Part shown: positions 62,800-64,000 of the stretch, one piece after another
Position numbering within the stretch: the stretch's first letter is position 1
Layout: every line of letters starts with the position of its first letter
Origin: Candidatus Aminicenantes bacterium
GTDB taxonomy: Bacteria > Acidobacteriota > Aminicenantia > Aminicenantales > Saccharicenantaceae
Length of the DNA: 64,000 bases
Assembly: GCA_041320535.1 (NCBI GenBank)
Contig: JBGLNH010000001.1
Span: 2,106,490-2,170,489 of the forward strand
Direction: 5' to 3'
The notes under the pieces: generated by a model
What the model was told of the DNA's origin: nothing
The model's database searches: none
The model's input: only the letters and a program-made list of their open reading frames with translations
Program-made: the position numbers and the translations under genes

Positions 62800-63816
62800 T
62801 TACAGCGCGATGCGCTTGCCGCCGCTCTTGATGGACTCGTCCGCGGCTTCGAGGAGGCGGACCACCTGGAGCCCGGACCGGCCGTCGTTGAAGGGCTCCC
62901 GGCCCTTCTCGACGCACTCGACGAAGTACTGGGCCTCGGCCTTGAGGGCCTCGGTCCCCTCGAGCTTGGGGATGTGGACGTCGCCCGACCGGTAGCTCAC
63001 GAGGAGCTCGTGGATGCCGTTCTTGCCCCCGTTGGCGCTCTTGACGTCGACGCCCCGGTCGTAGATCTTGATCTTCTCGTCGGCGCTGATGTCGTCCCAG
63101 ACCAGCATCTTCTTGTCGCCGCTGATCAGGGTTTGGCGGACCTTGACCGGGCTCAGCCAGTTGACGTGGAAGTGGGCGATGAAGCCGTTGCCCTCGAACT
63201 CCACGCAGAGGTAGGCGATGTCCTCGAATCCGCCCTCGAAATGGACGGAGCCGTGGGCGGATATGGCCACCGGCTTCTTGTCGATGGCGTAGGCCATGAT
63301 GGACAGGTCGTGGGGGGCCAGGTCCCAGATGACGTTGACGTCGTGCTGGAAGAGCCCCAGGTTGACCCGGACCGAGTCGTAGAACAGGAGCTTGCCCAGC
63401 TCGCCCTTGTCGATGACCTCCTTGATCTTCCTGACCGCCCCGGTGAAGAGGAAGGTGTGGTCGACCATGATCCGGAGGTTCTTCTTGGCCGCGAGTTCGA
63501 CGAGCTCCTTGGCCTGAGCGCTCGTCGAGGTGAAGGGCTTCTCGACGAAGATGTGCTTGCCAGCGAGGAGGGCCGCCTTGGCCAGATCGTAGTGGGCGAA
63601 GACGGGCGTGACGATGGCCACGGCGTCGACGTCCGCGGACCGGATGAGCTCCAGGGGGTCTTTCATCCCCCTGATGAAGGGGTAGTGGTTCTGGGCCAGG
63701 CCGAGGCGCTTTTCCGAGACGTCGCTGACCGCGACGAGCTTCGCTCCGGCCGTGCCGTGGAAGTTGCGGGCCACGTTGGGGCCCCAATAGCCGTAGCCGA
63801 CGACACCGATGCGTGC
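62800..63816 (-). CDS. Gfo/Idh/MocA-family NAD-dependent sugar-nucleotide oxidoreductase (first residues missing)
   Basis: RIGVVGYGYWGPNVARNF.., ..HIFVEKPF... No start codon lies before the junction at ~63816. Confidence 0.8.
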   Translation of the reverse strand, partial: ARIGVVGYGYWGPNVARNFHGTAGAKLVAVSDVSEKRLGLAQNHYPFIRGMKDPLELIRSADVDAVAIVTPVFAHYDLAKAALLAGKHIFVEKPFTSTSAQAKELVELAAKKNLRIMVDHTFLFTGAVRKIKEVIDKGELGKLLFYDSVRVNLGLFQHDVNVIWDLAPHDLSIMAYAIDKKPVAISAHGSVHFEGGFEDIAYLCVEFEGNGFIAHFHVNWLSPVKVRQTLISGDKKMLVWDDISADEKIKIYDRGVDVKSANGGKNGIHELLVSYRSGDVHIPKLEGTEALKAEAQYFVECVEKGREPFNDGRSGLQVVRLLEAADESIKSGGKRIAL

Positions 63817-64000
63817 GAGAACCGCAGCAGCGCCAGCCCGGCGTAGAACAGGACGACCGCCGCGCCGTAGATCCGGGCCAGGCGCGTCCCGGACGCGTCC
63901 GGCCGCCGGCCCGGCCGGACCAGGCTCCCGACGCCTCCCCACAGGAGCCAGGAACCGAGCACCAGTCCGAAGACGAGTTCGTTGCCGGTGAACTCGGCCG
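63817..64000 (-). CDS. Integral membrane protein fragment running off the window edge
   Basis: AEFTGNELVFGLVLGSWLLWGGVGSLVRPGRRPDASGTRLARIYGAAVVLFYAGLALLRF (minus-strand frame). Confidence 0.35.

Overview
High-GC DNA from a diderm bacterium (TamB, TolC, OmpA-like, TonB-receptor and DUF481 genes present). The window is not one collinear locus. About 18 points show protein-coding sequence stopping dead, often on both strands at the same base. They fall near 390, 4225, 7983, 11675, 15590, 19385, 23109, 26858, 30590, 34314, 38040-38060, 41756, 45466, 49176, 52890, 56522, 60165 and 63816. Spacing is 3.6-3.9 kb and drifts slowly downward. The simplest reading is that short, roughly size-sorted contigs of a fragmented draft genome or MAG were joined head to tail, so gene order is only meaningful inside each ~3.7 kb block.

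Block contents are mostly housekeeping and envelope genes: GH15-like and GH127-like glycosidases, a PfkB kinase, two URO-D-like proteins, mscL, an HD-GYP pair, a carA fragment, a Ser/Thr kinase, DUF362, trkA/trkH, an rpoC fragment, a TPR protein, buk/pta/ackA, a ROK kinase, an FTR-like/Trx-like pair, E1-alpha, sppA, an ECF sigma/anti-sigma pair, a CrtI-like oxidoreductase, tal/tamB, an isoprenoid cluster, the end of the spc operon (rpsE' rpmD rplO secY adk map) and an EPS sugar-transferase cluster. I saw no rRNA, tRNA, CRISPR array, transposase or integrase.

The intact modules most worth follow-up are:
- a translationally coupled RHH antitoxin / PIN / Pif1-like helicase-WYL operon (54181-56530)
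- an 81-aa ORF with a strong promoter followed by a radical-SAM/SPASM enzyme that has no canonical start codon (25187-26673)
- an HD-GYP protein coupled to a 667-aa HEAT-like protein that shares its N-terminal domain (7984-11239)
- a lower-GC putative lipoprotein with two D-T-G motifs next to a zinc-ribbon Ser/Thr kinase (11849-15590)

Other oddities are a codon-usage switch inside rpoC, a tandem in-frame TAG-TAG in the GH15-like gene, and two halves of one isoprenoid-synthase-like gene lying at the ends of two different blocks. Junction coordinates are hand estimates, good to about +/-10-30 nt.
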